Positions 35,315 to 46,944 of a DNA stretch of 64,000 nucleotides are shown in pieces. The translations under genes were made by a program, and so were the position numbers. Numbering within the stretch: position 1 is the stretch's first letter; each line of letters starts with the position of its first letter. The DNA is from Heptranchias perlo (Eukaryota): positions 14,508,001-14,572,000 of the forward strand of contig NC_090340.1 of assembly GCF_035084215.1 (NCBI RefSeq). The letters are read 5' to 3'. Below the pieces are notes generated by a model. The model worked only from the letters and a program-made list of their open reading frames with translations. It was not told where the DNA came from and made no database searches.

Positions 35315-38170
35315 TCATGTCCAATTTCCTGCCCGCTCCCCATAACCCCTAATTCCCTTTACTTCTAGGAAACTGTCTATTTCTGTTTTAAATTTATCTA
35401 ATGATGTAGCTTCCACAGCTTCCTGGGGCAGCAAATTCCACAGACCTACCACCCTCTGAGTGAAGAAGTTTCTCCTCATCTCAGTTTTGAAAGAGCAGCC
35501 CCTTATTCTAAGATTATGCCCCCTAGTTCTAGTTTCACCCATCTTTGGGAACATCCTTACTGCATCCACCCGATCAAGACCCTTCACAATCTTATATGTT
35601 TCAATAAGATCGCCTCTCATTCTTCTGAACTCCAATGAGTAGAGTCCCAATCTACTCAACCTCTCCTCATATGTCCGCCCCCTCATCCCCGGGATTAACC
35701 GAGTGAGCCTTCTTTGTACTGCCTCGAGAGCAAGTATGTCTTTTCTTAAGTATGGAGACCAAAACTGTATGCAGTATTCCAGGTGCGGTCTCACCAATAC
35801 CTTATATAACTGCAGCAATACCTCCTTGTTTTTATATTCTATCCCCCTAGCAATAAAAGCCAACATTCCGTTGGCTTTCTTGATCACCTGCTGCACCTGC
35901 ATACTAACTTTTTGATTTTCTTGCACTAGGACCCCCAGATCCCTTTGTACTGCAGTACTTTCCAGTCTCTCGCCATTAAGAAAATAACTTGCTCTCTGAT
36001 TTTTCCTGCCAAAGTGCATAACCTCACATTTTCCAATATTATATTGCATCTGCCAAATCTCCGCCCACTCACCCAGCCTGTCTATATCCCCTTGCAGGTT
36101 TTTTATGTCCTCCTCACTCTCTACTTTCCCTCCCATCTTTGTATCATCTGCAAATTTTGATATGTTGCACTCGGTCCCCTCCTCCAAATCGTTAATATAG
36201 ATTGTAAAGAGTTGGGGACCCAGCACCGACCCCTGTGGAACACCACTGGTTACTGGTTGCCAGTCCGAAAATGAACCATTTATCCCAACTCTCTGCTTCC
36301 TGTTCGATAACCAATCCTCCACCCATGCCAGAATATTACCCCCAATCCCGTGATTTTTTATCTTAAGTAATAATCTTTTATGTGGCACCTTGTCGAATGC
36401 CTTCTGGAAGTCTAAATACACTACGTCCACTGGTTCCCCTTTATCCACCCTATACGTTATATCCTCGAAGAACTCAAGCAAATTTGTCAGACATGACTTC
36501 CCCTTCATAAAGCCATGCTGACTTTGTCCTATTAAATTATGCTTATCTAAATGTTCCGTTACTGTCTCCTTAATAATAGACTCCAAAATTTTACCCACCA
36601 CAGATGTTAAGCTAACTGGCCTATAATTTCCAGCCTTCTGCCTACTACCCTTTTTAAATAACGGTGTTACATTAGCAGTTTTCCAATCTGCCGGGACCTC
36701 TCCTGAGTCCAGGGAATTTTGGAAAACTATCACCAAAGCATCCACAATCCCTACTGCCACTTCCCTCAAGACCCTAGGATGGAAGCCATCAGGTCCAGGG
36801 GATTTATCCGCCTTGAGTCCCATTATTTTACTGAGTACCATCTCCTGAGTGATTTTAATCGTATTTAGCTCCTCCCCCCCGAGAGTCCCCTGTTTGTCCA
36901 GTGTTGGGATATTCTTAGTGTCCTCTACTGTAAAGACTGAAACAAAATATTTGTTCAGCATTTTTGCCATCTCCATGTTTCCCACCATTAATTTCCCGGT
37001 CTCATCCTCTAAGGGACCTATGTTTGCCTTAGCCACCCTTTTTCTTTTTATATAACTATAGAAACTCTTGCTATCTGTTTTTATATTTTTTGCTAATTTC
37101 TTTTCATAATCTAACTTCCCTTTCTTAATCAATCCTTTAGTTACTTTTTGCTGTCTTTTGAAGAATTCCCAATCTTCTATCCTCCCACTAAGTTTGGCTA
37201 CCTTATATGTCCTTGTTTTTAGTCGGATACTATCCTTGATTTCTTTACTTAGCCACGGGTGGCTGTCATTTCTTTTACACCCTTTTTTCCTCAGTGGAAT
37301 ATATTTATTTTGAAAGTTGTAAAATAACTCCCTAAATGAACACCACTGCTCATGTACCGTCTTACCCTTTAATCTATTTTCCCAGTCCACTTTAATCAAT
37401 TCCGCTCTCATACCATCATAGTCTCCTTTATTCAAGCTCAGTACGCTTGTTTGAGAATCAACCTTCTCACCCTCTAATTGGATATGGAATTCAACCATGT
37501 TGTGGTCGCTCGTTCCAAGGGGATCCTTAACTAGGACATTATTAATTAATCCTGACTCATTACACAGGACCAGGTCCAAGGTTGCCTGCCCCCTTGTAGG
37601 ATCAGTTACATACTGCTCAAGAAATCCATCCCTGATGCACTCAATGAACTCGTCCTCAAGGCTGCTCTGCCCAATTTGATTTGTCCAGTTAATATGATAA
37701 TTAAAATCCCCCATAATTATGGCTGTTCCCTTATTACATGCCCCGACTATCTCCTGATTAATACTTCTTCCAGCAGAGTTGCAACTATTAGGAGGCCTAT
37801 ATACTACGCCCACTAATGTTTTTTTTCCCTTATTATTCCTTATCTCCACCCAAACTGTTTCATTATCTTGATGCTTTGTCCCAATATCATTTCTCTGTAT
37901 TACAGTGATTCCTTCCTTTATTAACATAGCCACCCCACCTCCCCTTCCTTCCTGCCTGTCCTTCCTGATTGTTAAATACCCTGGCATATTTAATTCCCAG
38001 TCGTTGTCACCCTGCAGCCATGTTTCTGTAATGGCCACAAGATCATACCCATACGTAGTTATTTGTGCCGTTAACTCGTCCATTTTATTACGAATGCTAC
38101 GTGCATTCAGATAAAGAACTTTCAAATCTGTTTTGTGACGCTTAGTTCCTGCTTTTTCCTTTTTTAACAC
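35315..38170 (-). CDS. CR1 ORF2p (APE endonuclease and reverse transcriptase), 951 aa
   Basis: YLNARSIRNK, ITETWL, YRPP, MGDFN, TSDH; YRPVSLTS, YLDFQKAFDKV, GVPQGSVLGP, FADDTK. Confidence 0.95.
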   Translation of the reverse strand: MLKKEKAGTKRHKTDLKVLYLNARSIRNKMDELTAQITTYGYDLVAITETWLQGDNDWELNMPGYLTIRKDRQEGRGGGVAMLIKEGITVIQRNDIGTKHQDNETVWVEIRNNKGKKTLVGVVYRPPNSCNSAGRSINQEIVGACNKGTAIIMGDFNYHINWTNQIGQSSLEDEFIECIRDGFLEQYVTDPTRGQATLDLVLCNESGLINNVLVKDPLGTSDHNMVEFHIQLEGEKVDSQTSVLSLNKGDYDGMRAELIKVDWENRLKGKTVHEQWCSFRELFYNFQNKYIPLRKKGCKRNDSHPWLSKEIKDSIRLKTRTYKVAKLSGRIEDWEFFKRQQKVTKGLIKKGKLDYEKKLAKNIKTDSKSFYSYIKRKRVAKANIGPLEDETGKLMVGNMEMAKMLNKYFVSVFTVEDTKNIPTLDKQGTLGGEELNTIKITQEMVLSKIMGLKADKSPGPDGFHPRVLREVAVGIVDALVIVFQNSLDSGEVPADWKTANVTPLFKKGSRQKAGNYRPVSLTSVVGKILESIIKETVTEHLDKHNLIGQSQHGFMKGKSCLTNLLEFFEDITYRVDKGEPVDVVYLDFQKAFDKVPHKRLLLKIKNHGIGGNILAWVEDWLSNRKQRVGINGSFSDWQPVTSGVPQGSVLGPQLFTIYINDLEEGTECNISKFADDTKMGGKVESEEDIKNLQGDIDRLGEWAEIWQMQYNIGKCEVMHFGRKNQRASYFLNGERLESTAVQRDLGVLVQENQKVSMQVQQVIKKANGMLAFIARGIEYKNKEVLLQLYKVLVRPHLEYCIQFWSPYLRKDILALEAVQRRLTRLIPGMRGRTYEERLSRLGLYSLEFRRMRGDLIETYKIVKGLDRVDAVRMFPKMGETRTRGHNLRIRGCSFKTEMRRNFFTQRVVGLWNLLPQEAVEATSLDKFKTEIDSFLEVKGIRGYGERAGNWT

Positions 38171-38253
38171 TTTACCTATTACTCCATACCTTCTGTCCCT
38201 TCCTGTTACGCTTTCCTCTCTCTCCCTGCTCAGGTTCCCAACCCCCTGCCACT

Positions 38254-39189
38254 TTAGTTTAAACCCTCCCCAACAGCACTAGCAAACACTCCTCCTAGGA
38301 CAGCGGTCCCGGCCCTGCCCAGGTGCAGACCGTCCGGTTTGTACTGGTCCCACCTCCCCCAGAACCGTTTCCAGTGTCCCAGGAATTTGAATCCCTCCCC
38401 CTTGCACCATTCCTCTAGCCACGTATTCATTTGAAATATCCTCCTATTTCTACTCTGACTAGCACGTGGCACTGGCAGCAATCCTGAGATTACTACCTTT
38501 GAGGTCCTATTTTTTAATTTACCTCCTAACTCCCTATATTCTGCTTTTAGGACCTCATCCCCTTTTTTACCTATATCGTTGGTGCCTATGTGCACCACGA
38601 CAGCTGGCTGTTCGCCCTCCCCCTCCAAAATGTTCTGTAGCCGCTCCGAGACATCCTTGATCCTTGCACCAGGGAGGCAACACACCATCCTGGAGTCTCG
38701 GTTGCGGCCGCAGAAACGCCTGTCTATTCCCCTTACAATTGAGTCCCCTATCACTATAGCTCTGCCACTCTTTTTCCTCCCAGCCTGTGCAGCAGAGCTA
38801 CCCGTGGTGCCAGGAAGTTGGCTGCTGCTGCCTTCCCCTGATAAGTCATCCCCCCCAACAGCATCCAAAGTGGCATATCTGTTTGAGAGGGGGATGGACA
38901 CAGGGGACCCCTGCACTACCTGCCTGCATCTCTTACTCTTCCTGGTGGTCACCCATTCACTTCCTGCCTGTACACCCTTTACCTGCGGTGTGACCAACTC
39001 GCTAAACGTGCTATCCACGAGTTTCTCTGCATCGCGGATGCTCCACAGTGAGTCCACCCGCAGCTCCAGCTCCGAGATACGATCGGTCAGTAGCTGCAGG
39101 TGGACACACTTCCCGCACACATGGTCGGCAGGGACACTGGTAGTGTCCATGACTTCCCACATCTTGCAGGAGGAGCATATCACGAGCAT
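38254..39189 (-). CDS. CR1 ORF1p (zinc finger, coiled coil, SGNH esterase-like domain)
   Basis: CSSCKMWE..HVCGKC; VIGDSIVRG, HIGTND and DGLHL; probable ATG at 39189. Confidence 0.9.
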   Translation of the reverse strand: MLVICSSCKMWEVMDTTSVPADHVCGKCVHLQLLTDRISELELRVDSLWSIRDAEKLVDSTFSELVTPQVKGVQAGSEWVTTRKSKRCRQVVQGSPVSIPLSNRYATLDAVGGDDLSGEGSSSQLPGTTGSSAAQAGRKKSGRAIVIGDSIVRGIDRRFCGRNRDSRMVCCLPGARIKDVSERLQNILEGEGEQPAVVVHIGTNDIGKKGDEVLKAEYRELGGKLKNRTSKVVISGLLPVPRASQSRNRRIFQMNTWLEEWCKGEGFKFLGHWKRFWGRWDQYKPDGLHLGRAGTAVLGGVFASAVGEGLN

Positions 39190-39226
39190 ATCACATAAGA
39201 CAGATGAAAGGCTTATACACTCACAA

Positions 39227-39712
39227 CGGGGCACTGCTCCAGAGGCTCTATTTACTGTGCTCCATGACAGGGCACTGCTCCAGAGGCTCTATTTACTGTG
39301 CTCCATGACGGGGCACTGCTCCAGAGGCTCTATTTACTGTGCTCCATGACGAGGCACTGCTCCAGAGACTCTATTTACTGTGCTCCATGACGGGGCACTG
39401 CTCCAGAGGCTCTATTTACTGTGCTCCATGACGGGGCACTGCTCCAGAGGCTCTATTTACTGTGCTCCATGACGGGGCACTGCTCCAGAGGCTCTATTTA
39501 CTGTGCTCCATGACGGGGCACTGCTCCAGAGGCTCTATTTACTGTGCTCCATGACAGGTCACTGCTCCAGAGGCTCTATTTACTACTGTAAATGATGGGC
39601 CGTTGATCTTGGGGCTATATTTACTGGTCTCCACGAAGGGGTGCTGCTTCAGAGGTTATTACTGTTCACCATGACGAGCCACTGCTCCTGAGGCTGCGTT
39701 TACTGTTCTCCA
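39227..39712. repeat. 41-bp minisatellite
   Basis: cggggcactgctccagaggctctatttactgtgctccatga, ~9 near-identical units followed by degenerate units. Confidence 0.93.
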
Positions 39713-40189
39713 ACTTATAAGAACCTTTATTGACTTGAGGAGTATATAGAGTATTTAATCATAAATGTAAACCTTCCTCTATCACTGGGACAGAAAATGT
39801 TCATATTGCAGGGAAGTAGGAGGCAGGTTTTATGAACATTATGTAAGCAGTATTGGTGGGACTGTGTTGTTTGGTAGTGTTGGGATGGAGCCACTGGAGT
39901 TTAGGACAGAAGGCCATAGAACATGGGAGCATATGAGGTTTGAGACGTTGGGAGATCTTGGGGGCTGGCTGTTTGGATGTAGAAGCAATGGGAGGGGTGA
40001 CTGTGATGTTTGTAAGCACTGCGAAGGGGATACCAGGTTCTGTTGGGAGGGGCACAATCTCCCGAGAGCGTCACAGAATGTTTTGTTTTCGTGCGCACGG
40101 GTGTCAAAGCAAAACCAGGCTTCTATTACCTCAGTATATATCACAGTGGGTAAACTGAGTTTGTAATTATTCATCTTTTAACTTAATGC

Positions 40190-40910
40190 ATAGGATTATA
40201 GGAACAGGAGTAGGACATTAACACCTTCAAACCTTTTTCATCATTCAATTAAATCATGGCCGATCCGTACATCAACTACATTTACCAGCCTTTGATCCAT
40301 ATCCCCTGATACCCTTCCTAACAAAAATCTATCGATCTCGGTGTTGAAACTTTCAATTGACCTAGCATTCACAGCCTTTTGGGTGAAAGAGTTCCAGATT
40401 TTCACTACCCTTTGTGTGAAAACGTATGTCCAGATTTTACCCCTGAATGGCCTACTTCTAATTTTAAGATTGTGCTCCCTTGCTCCGTACTCCCCCATCA
40501 GAGGAAATAGCTTATCTGTATTTACTCGATCAAATCCTTTTATCATTTTAAACCCCTCCTCAGAAAATTCAATCAAGTTAGTCAGATACAATCTTCCCTT
40601 AACAAATCTATGTTGACTGTCCTTGATTAACCCGTGTCTTTCTAAATGACGTTTTATGCTGTCCCTCAGAATTGATTCCATTAATTTGCCCACCACTGAG
40701 GTTGGACTGATTGGCATATAATTACTCGGTCTATCTCTTTCATCTTTTTAAACAACGTTACAATGTTAGCAGTCTGTCAATCCTTCGGCACCACACCTGT
40801 TGCCAGGGAGGATTGGAAAATGATGCTGAGAGCCTCCAGTATTTCCTCCCTTGCTTCTCTTAACAGTGTGGAATACATTTAACCTGTTCTGGTGATTTAT
40901 CTACTTTCAA
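40190..40910 (-). mobile_element. CR1 fragment with a large internal deletion
   Basis: ORF 40241..40717 joins LTNLIEF directly to FKMIKGFDRV. Confidence 0.8.
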
Positions 40911-41740
40911 AGGCAACGGGCTCATTTGCAGGAGACTGAATGCCGATGAGAGGGTAATCAACGAGGCCCTGGACTTGGGTGAAGCCTGCAATCTGTGAGA
41001 ATCCAAGATTTCAATCCTGCTACTTCCATTGGTACAGTGCTGAAATTATTTGCTTTACGCTCCTGCTTAATGTAAGCATGAACTACAGGCCGACTGATAT
41101 TTTTTGAAATCCTCTTTGGCAGCCTAGACGGAACTAGGGGCAAGGATGGTCAGGGGTGCAATGACCTTGGCTGCCACAGGTATTAATTGCTGTGCTGGCT
41201 GTTGCAGGTCTTGTTGCAGGTGACGATGCAGGGCCTGTTTCCAGATTGATGCTAGAACTTCACTGTCACTTTAAAGTGGAATCTGCTTTGTAGCAACACT
41301 AAAGTTACAGTATTAAACACAGGACCTTTTATATATCTCAGGCTTTTCTTCCTTCTACAATGTACAGTCTTTCAAAACTCAGGCTTGGTTTCACATAATT
41401 GTCCTGATTTAGTTCCTCTTCTCCTTTTCACTTCACAACCTTCGTGATGTTCTGATCTATTGGCCTTGGTCCCTTCACCTTGATTTCTCAATGATCATGG
41501 AAACAGCGACACAACCCGCCGCACTAACCGTTTATCTATCTCTACTTTTAGTTCTCAATAATTCATCAAGTCACTGAACATGACAAATGATTGAAGGTGG
41601 TGTTTTGATAAAAACAAGTTAGATGGACACACGCAGGATAGGGACTGTCCAATCTCATTGCGTCACAACGAGCCGGACAGGAGACTTTGCACCCAAAGTT
41701 TGGGATGGGTCAGTACATAGATTTCACAAGTGTGAACTAG

Positions 41741-41922
41741 CCCTGAAATTCCGTGGGGTTTTCCCAGTCTCCAGCTGTAAATTTGGCGGTTGACCGTTAG
41801 AACCCCTGACAAATGCCCTAATCAGATGGCAACGACCATTTTGGGCGTTTATCTAGGGGTTCAGCCGGTCTTCAGTTGAAGTTACGGCAGAAAACTGGAA
41901 GATCTCCCCAGGAACTTCAGGG
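41741..41922. mobile_element. palindromic MITE
   Basis: Termini ccctgaaattcc and ggaacttcaggg are inverted repeats; imperfect self-complementarity extends inward to gaacccct/aggggttc. Confidence 0.65.
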
Positions 41923-42169
41923 ACATATTCTATATTTCGGAGCGGATTTGTTACCCAGCTCCCGCGTGGTCCAGCATTTCAATGGAGGACTGACCAGGAA
42001 GTATATGATGCTGACGCACGGGGCTTAAAAAATGGTCTGTTACTTCCCACTGTCAATATGTAGGAAACAATCACCAAAAATATAATTTAATAAAGCTTCA
42101 ACAACAGAGGGTAATCATTGAAAATAAACAATCACACTGTTGCCTTGATTGTACTCAGCTTAGAATACA

Positions 42170-44480
42170 AGAACATAAAAAATGGGAGCGGGAAAACGCC
42201 AAACGCCCATTTGAGCCTGCTCCACCATTCTATAAGATCATGGCTAATCTTCCATCTCAACTCCATTTTCCCTTCCGATCCCCATATCCCTTGATTCCAT
42301 TTGTGTCCAAAAAATTATCGATCTCGGCCTTGAATATACTCATTGACTCAGCATCCACAGACTTCTCAGTAAATTCCAAAGAGTCACAACTCTCTGAGTG
42401 AAGAAATGTTTCCTTATCTCCGTCCTAAATGGCCGACCCAATTTCCTGTGACTATGCCACCTAGTTCTAGACTCTCCAGCCAGGGGAGTCAAGCCCTCTG
42501 AGAATTTTATATGTTTCAATGAGATCACCTGTCATTTTTCTAAACTCCAGAGAGTATAGGCCCATTCTACTCAGTCTCTCCTCATAGGAATCCCATGGAA
42601 TCAATCTAGTGAATCTTTGTTGCACCGCCTGTAAGGCATGTACATCCTTGCTTACATAAGGAGACCAAAACTGTACACAGTACCCCAGGTGTGGTCTCGC
42701 CAAAGCACTGTTCAGTTGCATCAAGACTGCCTTACTCTTGTGCTCCAGCCAGCCTGCAATAAAGGCCAACATGCCATTTGTCTTCCTAATTGCTTGCTGT
42801 ACCTGGATGTTAACTTTCTGTGTTTCATGTACAAGGACACCCAAGTCCCTCTGAACACCAACATTTAATGGTTTCTCACCATTTAAAAATATTCTGTTTT
42901 TCTATTCTTCCTACCAAAGTGAATAGTCTCACATTTCTCCACATTATACTCCATCTGCCATCTTCTTGCCCACTCACTTCACCTGTCTATATCCCATTGC
43001 AGGCTCTTTGTGTCCTCCTCACAGCTTACTTTCCCACCTAGCTTTGAATTGTCAGCAAATTTGGATATATTACACTAGATCCCTTCATCTAAGTCATTAA
43101 TATAAATTCCAAATAGCTGAGGTCCAAGCAGTGTTTTATGCCCGTTAATCAATCCTCAATCCATGCTAATCTATTACCCCCAACTCCATGAACCCTTATC
43201 TTGTGTAACAACCTTTTGTGTGGCACCTTATCGAATGCCTTTTGAAAATCCAAATATACTATATCCACTGGTTTCCCCTTATCTACCCTGCTAGTTACAT
43301 CCTCAAAAAACTCTAATAGATTTGTCAAACACGATTTCCCTTTCGTAAAGCCATGTTGACTGCCTAATCAGATTATGATTTTCTAAGTTCCCAATTACCC
43401 CAACCTTATTCATGGATTTCAGCATTTCTTCCACTACTGATGTCGGGCTAACTGGTCTGTAGTTCTCTGTTTTCTTTCTCCCTCCTTTCTTGAACAGCAG
43501 GGTTACATTTGCTACCTTCCAATCCATGGGGACAGTTCTATCATCTAGGTAATTTTGGAAGATCACAACCAATGCATCCTTTATCACTGCAGCCGCCTCT
43601 TTTAAAACCCTAGAATGCAGGCCATCATGTCCAGGGGATTTGTTGGCTTTTAGTCCCAATAATTTCTCCAGTACTTTTTCTTTACTAATATTAATTACTT
43701 TAAGTTCCTCACTCTCATTAGACCCTTGGTGCCCCATTATTTCTGGTATGTTTTTTGTGTCTTCGACTGTGAAGACAGATACAAAATATTTGTTTAATGT
43801 CTCTGCCATTTCCTTATTACCCATTAGAATTTCCCCTATCGCAGCCTCTAAGGGACTCATGGTTACTTTTGCTACTCTCTTCCTTTTGTCATACTTGCAG
43901 AAGCTCTTGCAATCTATTTTATATTTCTTGCTAGTTTACTCTCATATTCTATTTTCTCCCTCTTTATCAATTTTTGGTCATCCTTTGCAGGTTTCTAAAA
44001 CTCTCCCAATCCTCAGGCTTACTACTCTTCTTGGCAACATTATAAGCCTCTTATTTTAATCTAATATTATCCTTAACTTCTTTAATTCACCATGGATGGA
44101 TCACTTTTCCCATTGAGTATTTATTTCTTAATGAAATATATATATATTTGTTGAGAATTAGGAAATATTTCTTTAAATTTTCACCATTGCTTATCTACCA
44201 TCATAGCTTATAATTTAATTTCCCAATCAAACTTAGCCAACTCACCCCTCATACCTATGTAATTGGCTATGTTTAAGTTTAAAACTCTAGTTACGGACTT
44301 AATCCATCACTTTCAAACACAATATGAAATTCTATCATATTATGATCACTCCTCCCCAGAGGATCCTTTTCTACGAGATTACTAATTAATCCTGTCTCAT
44401 TACACATGACAAGATCTAAATAACCTTTTCCCTGGTTGGTTCCACGACATATTGTTCTAGGAAACTGTCTCGAATACATT
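42170..44480 (-). mobile_element. decayed CR1 ORF2 and 3' UTR
   Basis: ORFs 44291, 43303, 42467 and 42340 carry APE and RT motifs. Confidence 0.9.
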
Positions 44481-44483
44481 CCA

Positions 44484-46755
44484 TGATGGTTGTTTTTGTG
44501 ACTGGAAGGATGTTTCCAGTGGGGTTGTGCAAGGCTGAGTACTAGGTCCCTTGCTTTTTGTGGTATATATTAATGATTTGGACTTGAATGTGGGGGGCTT
44601 GATCAAGAAGTTTGCAGATGATACAAAAATTGGCCATGTGGTTGATAGTGAGGGGGAAAGCTGTAGACTGCAGGAAGCTATCAATGGACTGGTCAGGTGG
44701 GCAGAAAAGTGGCAAATGGAATTCAATCCAGGGAAGTGTGAAGTAATGCATTTGGGGAGGGCAAACAAGGCAAGGAAGTACTCATTTATCTCTCTGATCT
44801 ATTTGACCCTATGCCAATTTATGCATGGCTCAGGTAGTAATCCAGAGTTTATTACATTTGAGATTCTGCTTATTAATTTGGACCTTAGCTCCACAAACTC
44901 CCTTAACAGAACCTCATTCCTAGTTCTACCTATGTCTCTGATTCCTACGTGGAACACAACAACTGGATCCTCCCCCTCATGCTCCAAGTTCTTCCTCAGC
45001 CAAGAGGAGATATCCTTCACTCTGGCACCAGGCAGGCAACACAGCCTTCGGGACTCCAGGTCATGGCTGCAGAGAACAGTATCTATCCCCCTGACTATAC
45101 TATCCCTTACTATTACGACATTCCATTTTACTCCCCGCTTGAATGGCCACCTGTGCCATGTGCCATGGTCAAATTGTCCATCCTCCCTGCAGTGTTGTTC
45201 TCATCCACACAGGTAGCTAGTGCCTTGTAGCTGTTGGACAAGGTCAAAGGCTGAGTCTCCTTCATCACTGCACTCTGGGCCACATACCTGCCTGCCTCGC
45301 TGCCACATCCTCCTGTCTGTGACCACTGACTAAATCTAAACAACTATCTAACATAAGCGGTGTAGCTGCCTCCTGGGATAACTCTCCCACTGCATGATGC
45401 AACACAATATCTGCAGATTAGACTCCAGTACAACAACTCTGAGCTGAAGTTCTTGGAGTTGCAGACACTTACTGCAGATGTGGTTGCTCGGGATCTTGCT
45501 GGTCTCTACCAACTCCTGTAGTGGTGAACAGTTGTTTATCGGACTGGAGGAAGGTATACAGTGGTGTTCCCCAGGGGTCCGTACTAGGACCACTGTTTTT
45601 TAAAAAATATATATTAATGACTTGGACTTGGGTGTACAGGGCAATTTCAAAATTTTCAGATGACACAAAACTTGGAAGTGTAGTAAATGGTGAGAAGCAT
45701 TGTAATAGACCTCAAGAGGACATAGACAGGCTGGTGGAATGGGTGGACACATGGCGGATGAAATTTAACGCACAGAAGTGCGAAGGGATACATTTTGGCA
45801 GGAAGAAGGAGGAGAAGCAATATAAACTAAATGGTACAATTCTAAAGGGGGTGCAGGAACAGGGAGACCCGGAGGTATATGTGCACAAATCTTTGAAGGT
45901 GGCAGGACAGGTTGAGAAAATGGTTAAAAAAGCATACGGGATCCCGGGCTTTATAATTAAATGATGTGGAGATGCCGGTGATGGACTGGGGTGGACAAAT
46001 GTAAGGAATCTTACAACACCAGGTTATAGTCCAACAATTTTATTTTAAAATCACAAGCTTTCGGAGATTATCCCCTTCATCACCTGACGAAGGGGATAAT
46101 CTCCGAAAGCTTGTGATTTTAAAATAAAATTGTTGGACTATAACCTGGTGTTGTAAGATTCCTTACATTTATAATTAAAGGCATAGAGTACAACAGCAAG
46201 GAGTTTATTTTGACCCTTTATAAAACACTGGTTCGGCCACAACAGAAGTATTGTCTCTAATTCTGGGCACCACACTTTAGGAAGGATGTGAAGGCCTTAA
46301 GAGGGGGTGCAGAAAAGATTTACTAGAATAGTTCCAGGGATGTTTCAGTTACGTGGATAGACTGGAGAAGCTGAGGTTGTTCTCCTTAGAGCAGAGAAGG
46401 TTGAGAGGAGATTTGATAGAAGTGTTCAAAATCATTAAGGGCTTAGGTAAAGTAAATAAAGATAAACTGTTCCATTGACGGAAGGGTCGAGAACCAGAGG
46501 ACACAAATTTAAGGTGATTGGCAAAAGAACCAAAGGCGACATGAGGAAAAACATTTTTACGCAGCAAATAGTTATGATCTGGAATGCACTGCTTGAAAGG
46601 ATGGTGGAAGCAGATTCAATGGTGGCTTTCAAAAAGGAACTGGATAAAAGGGAAAAATTTGCAGTGCTACACGGAAACAGCGGGGAATGAGACTAACTGG
46701 ATTGCTCTTACAAAGAGACGACACAGGCTCCTTCTCTGCTGCAACCATTCTATGA
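44484..46755. mobile_element. CR1 mosaic: + RT fragment (44484-44780), - ORF1 fragment (44780-45518), + RT and 3' end (45518-46755)
   Basis: FADDTK ORF 44551; HICSKCLQL and VVFHVG ORF1 motifs on minus; ORFs 45521 and 46475. Confidence 0.8.
45962..46167 (-). mobile_element. Penelope-like fold-back insertion B with hammerhead motif
   Basis: Arms 45997-46078 and 46089-46170; TSD tttataattaaa at 45950-45961 and 46168-46179; + strand atcac CTGACGA a gggg-ataat-ctcc GAAA gctt gtgat at 46079-46117. Confidence 0.85.
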
Positions 46756-46944
46756 ACTCCCAAATGCTGCAGTTATGACACACCACCAGCCCTGCCATCC
46801 CCATCTAACCTTGTTTTTATATTTAATTAATTAAAGTTTTTATTCAATTGATATTTTTAGTTTTATTAAATAATTAGTTTATCTAGTTTAAGTTATTAAT
46901 TTAATAGCAAATTATAGTTTCACAGCTCTTAATTTAGGGACAAT

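Larger units (their letters stand above)
35107..39195 (-). mobile_element. young CR1 LINE with intact ORF1 and ORF2
   Basis: Both ORFs are stop-free; (ttcttatg)n tail; candidate 7-bp TSD taagaca at 35100-35106 and 39196-39202. Confidence 0.95.

Noticed and set aside
38579-39349. 256-aa plus-strand ORF and other antisense ORFs over LINEs
   Set aside because: Shadow frames of CR1 or family B coding sequence
41375-41575. Purine-rich coding-like stretch on the minus strand
   Set aside because: All frames after the nearest acceptor hit stops; no domain similarity recognised
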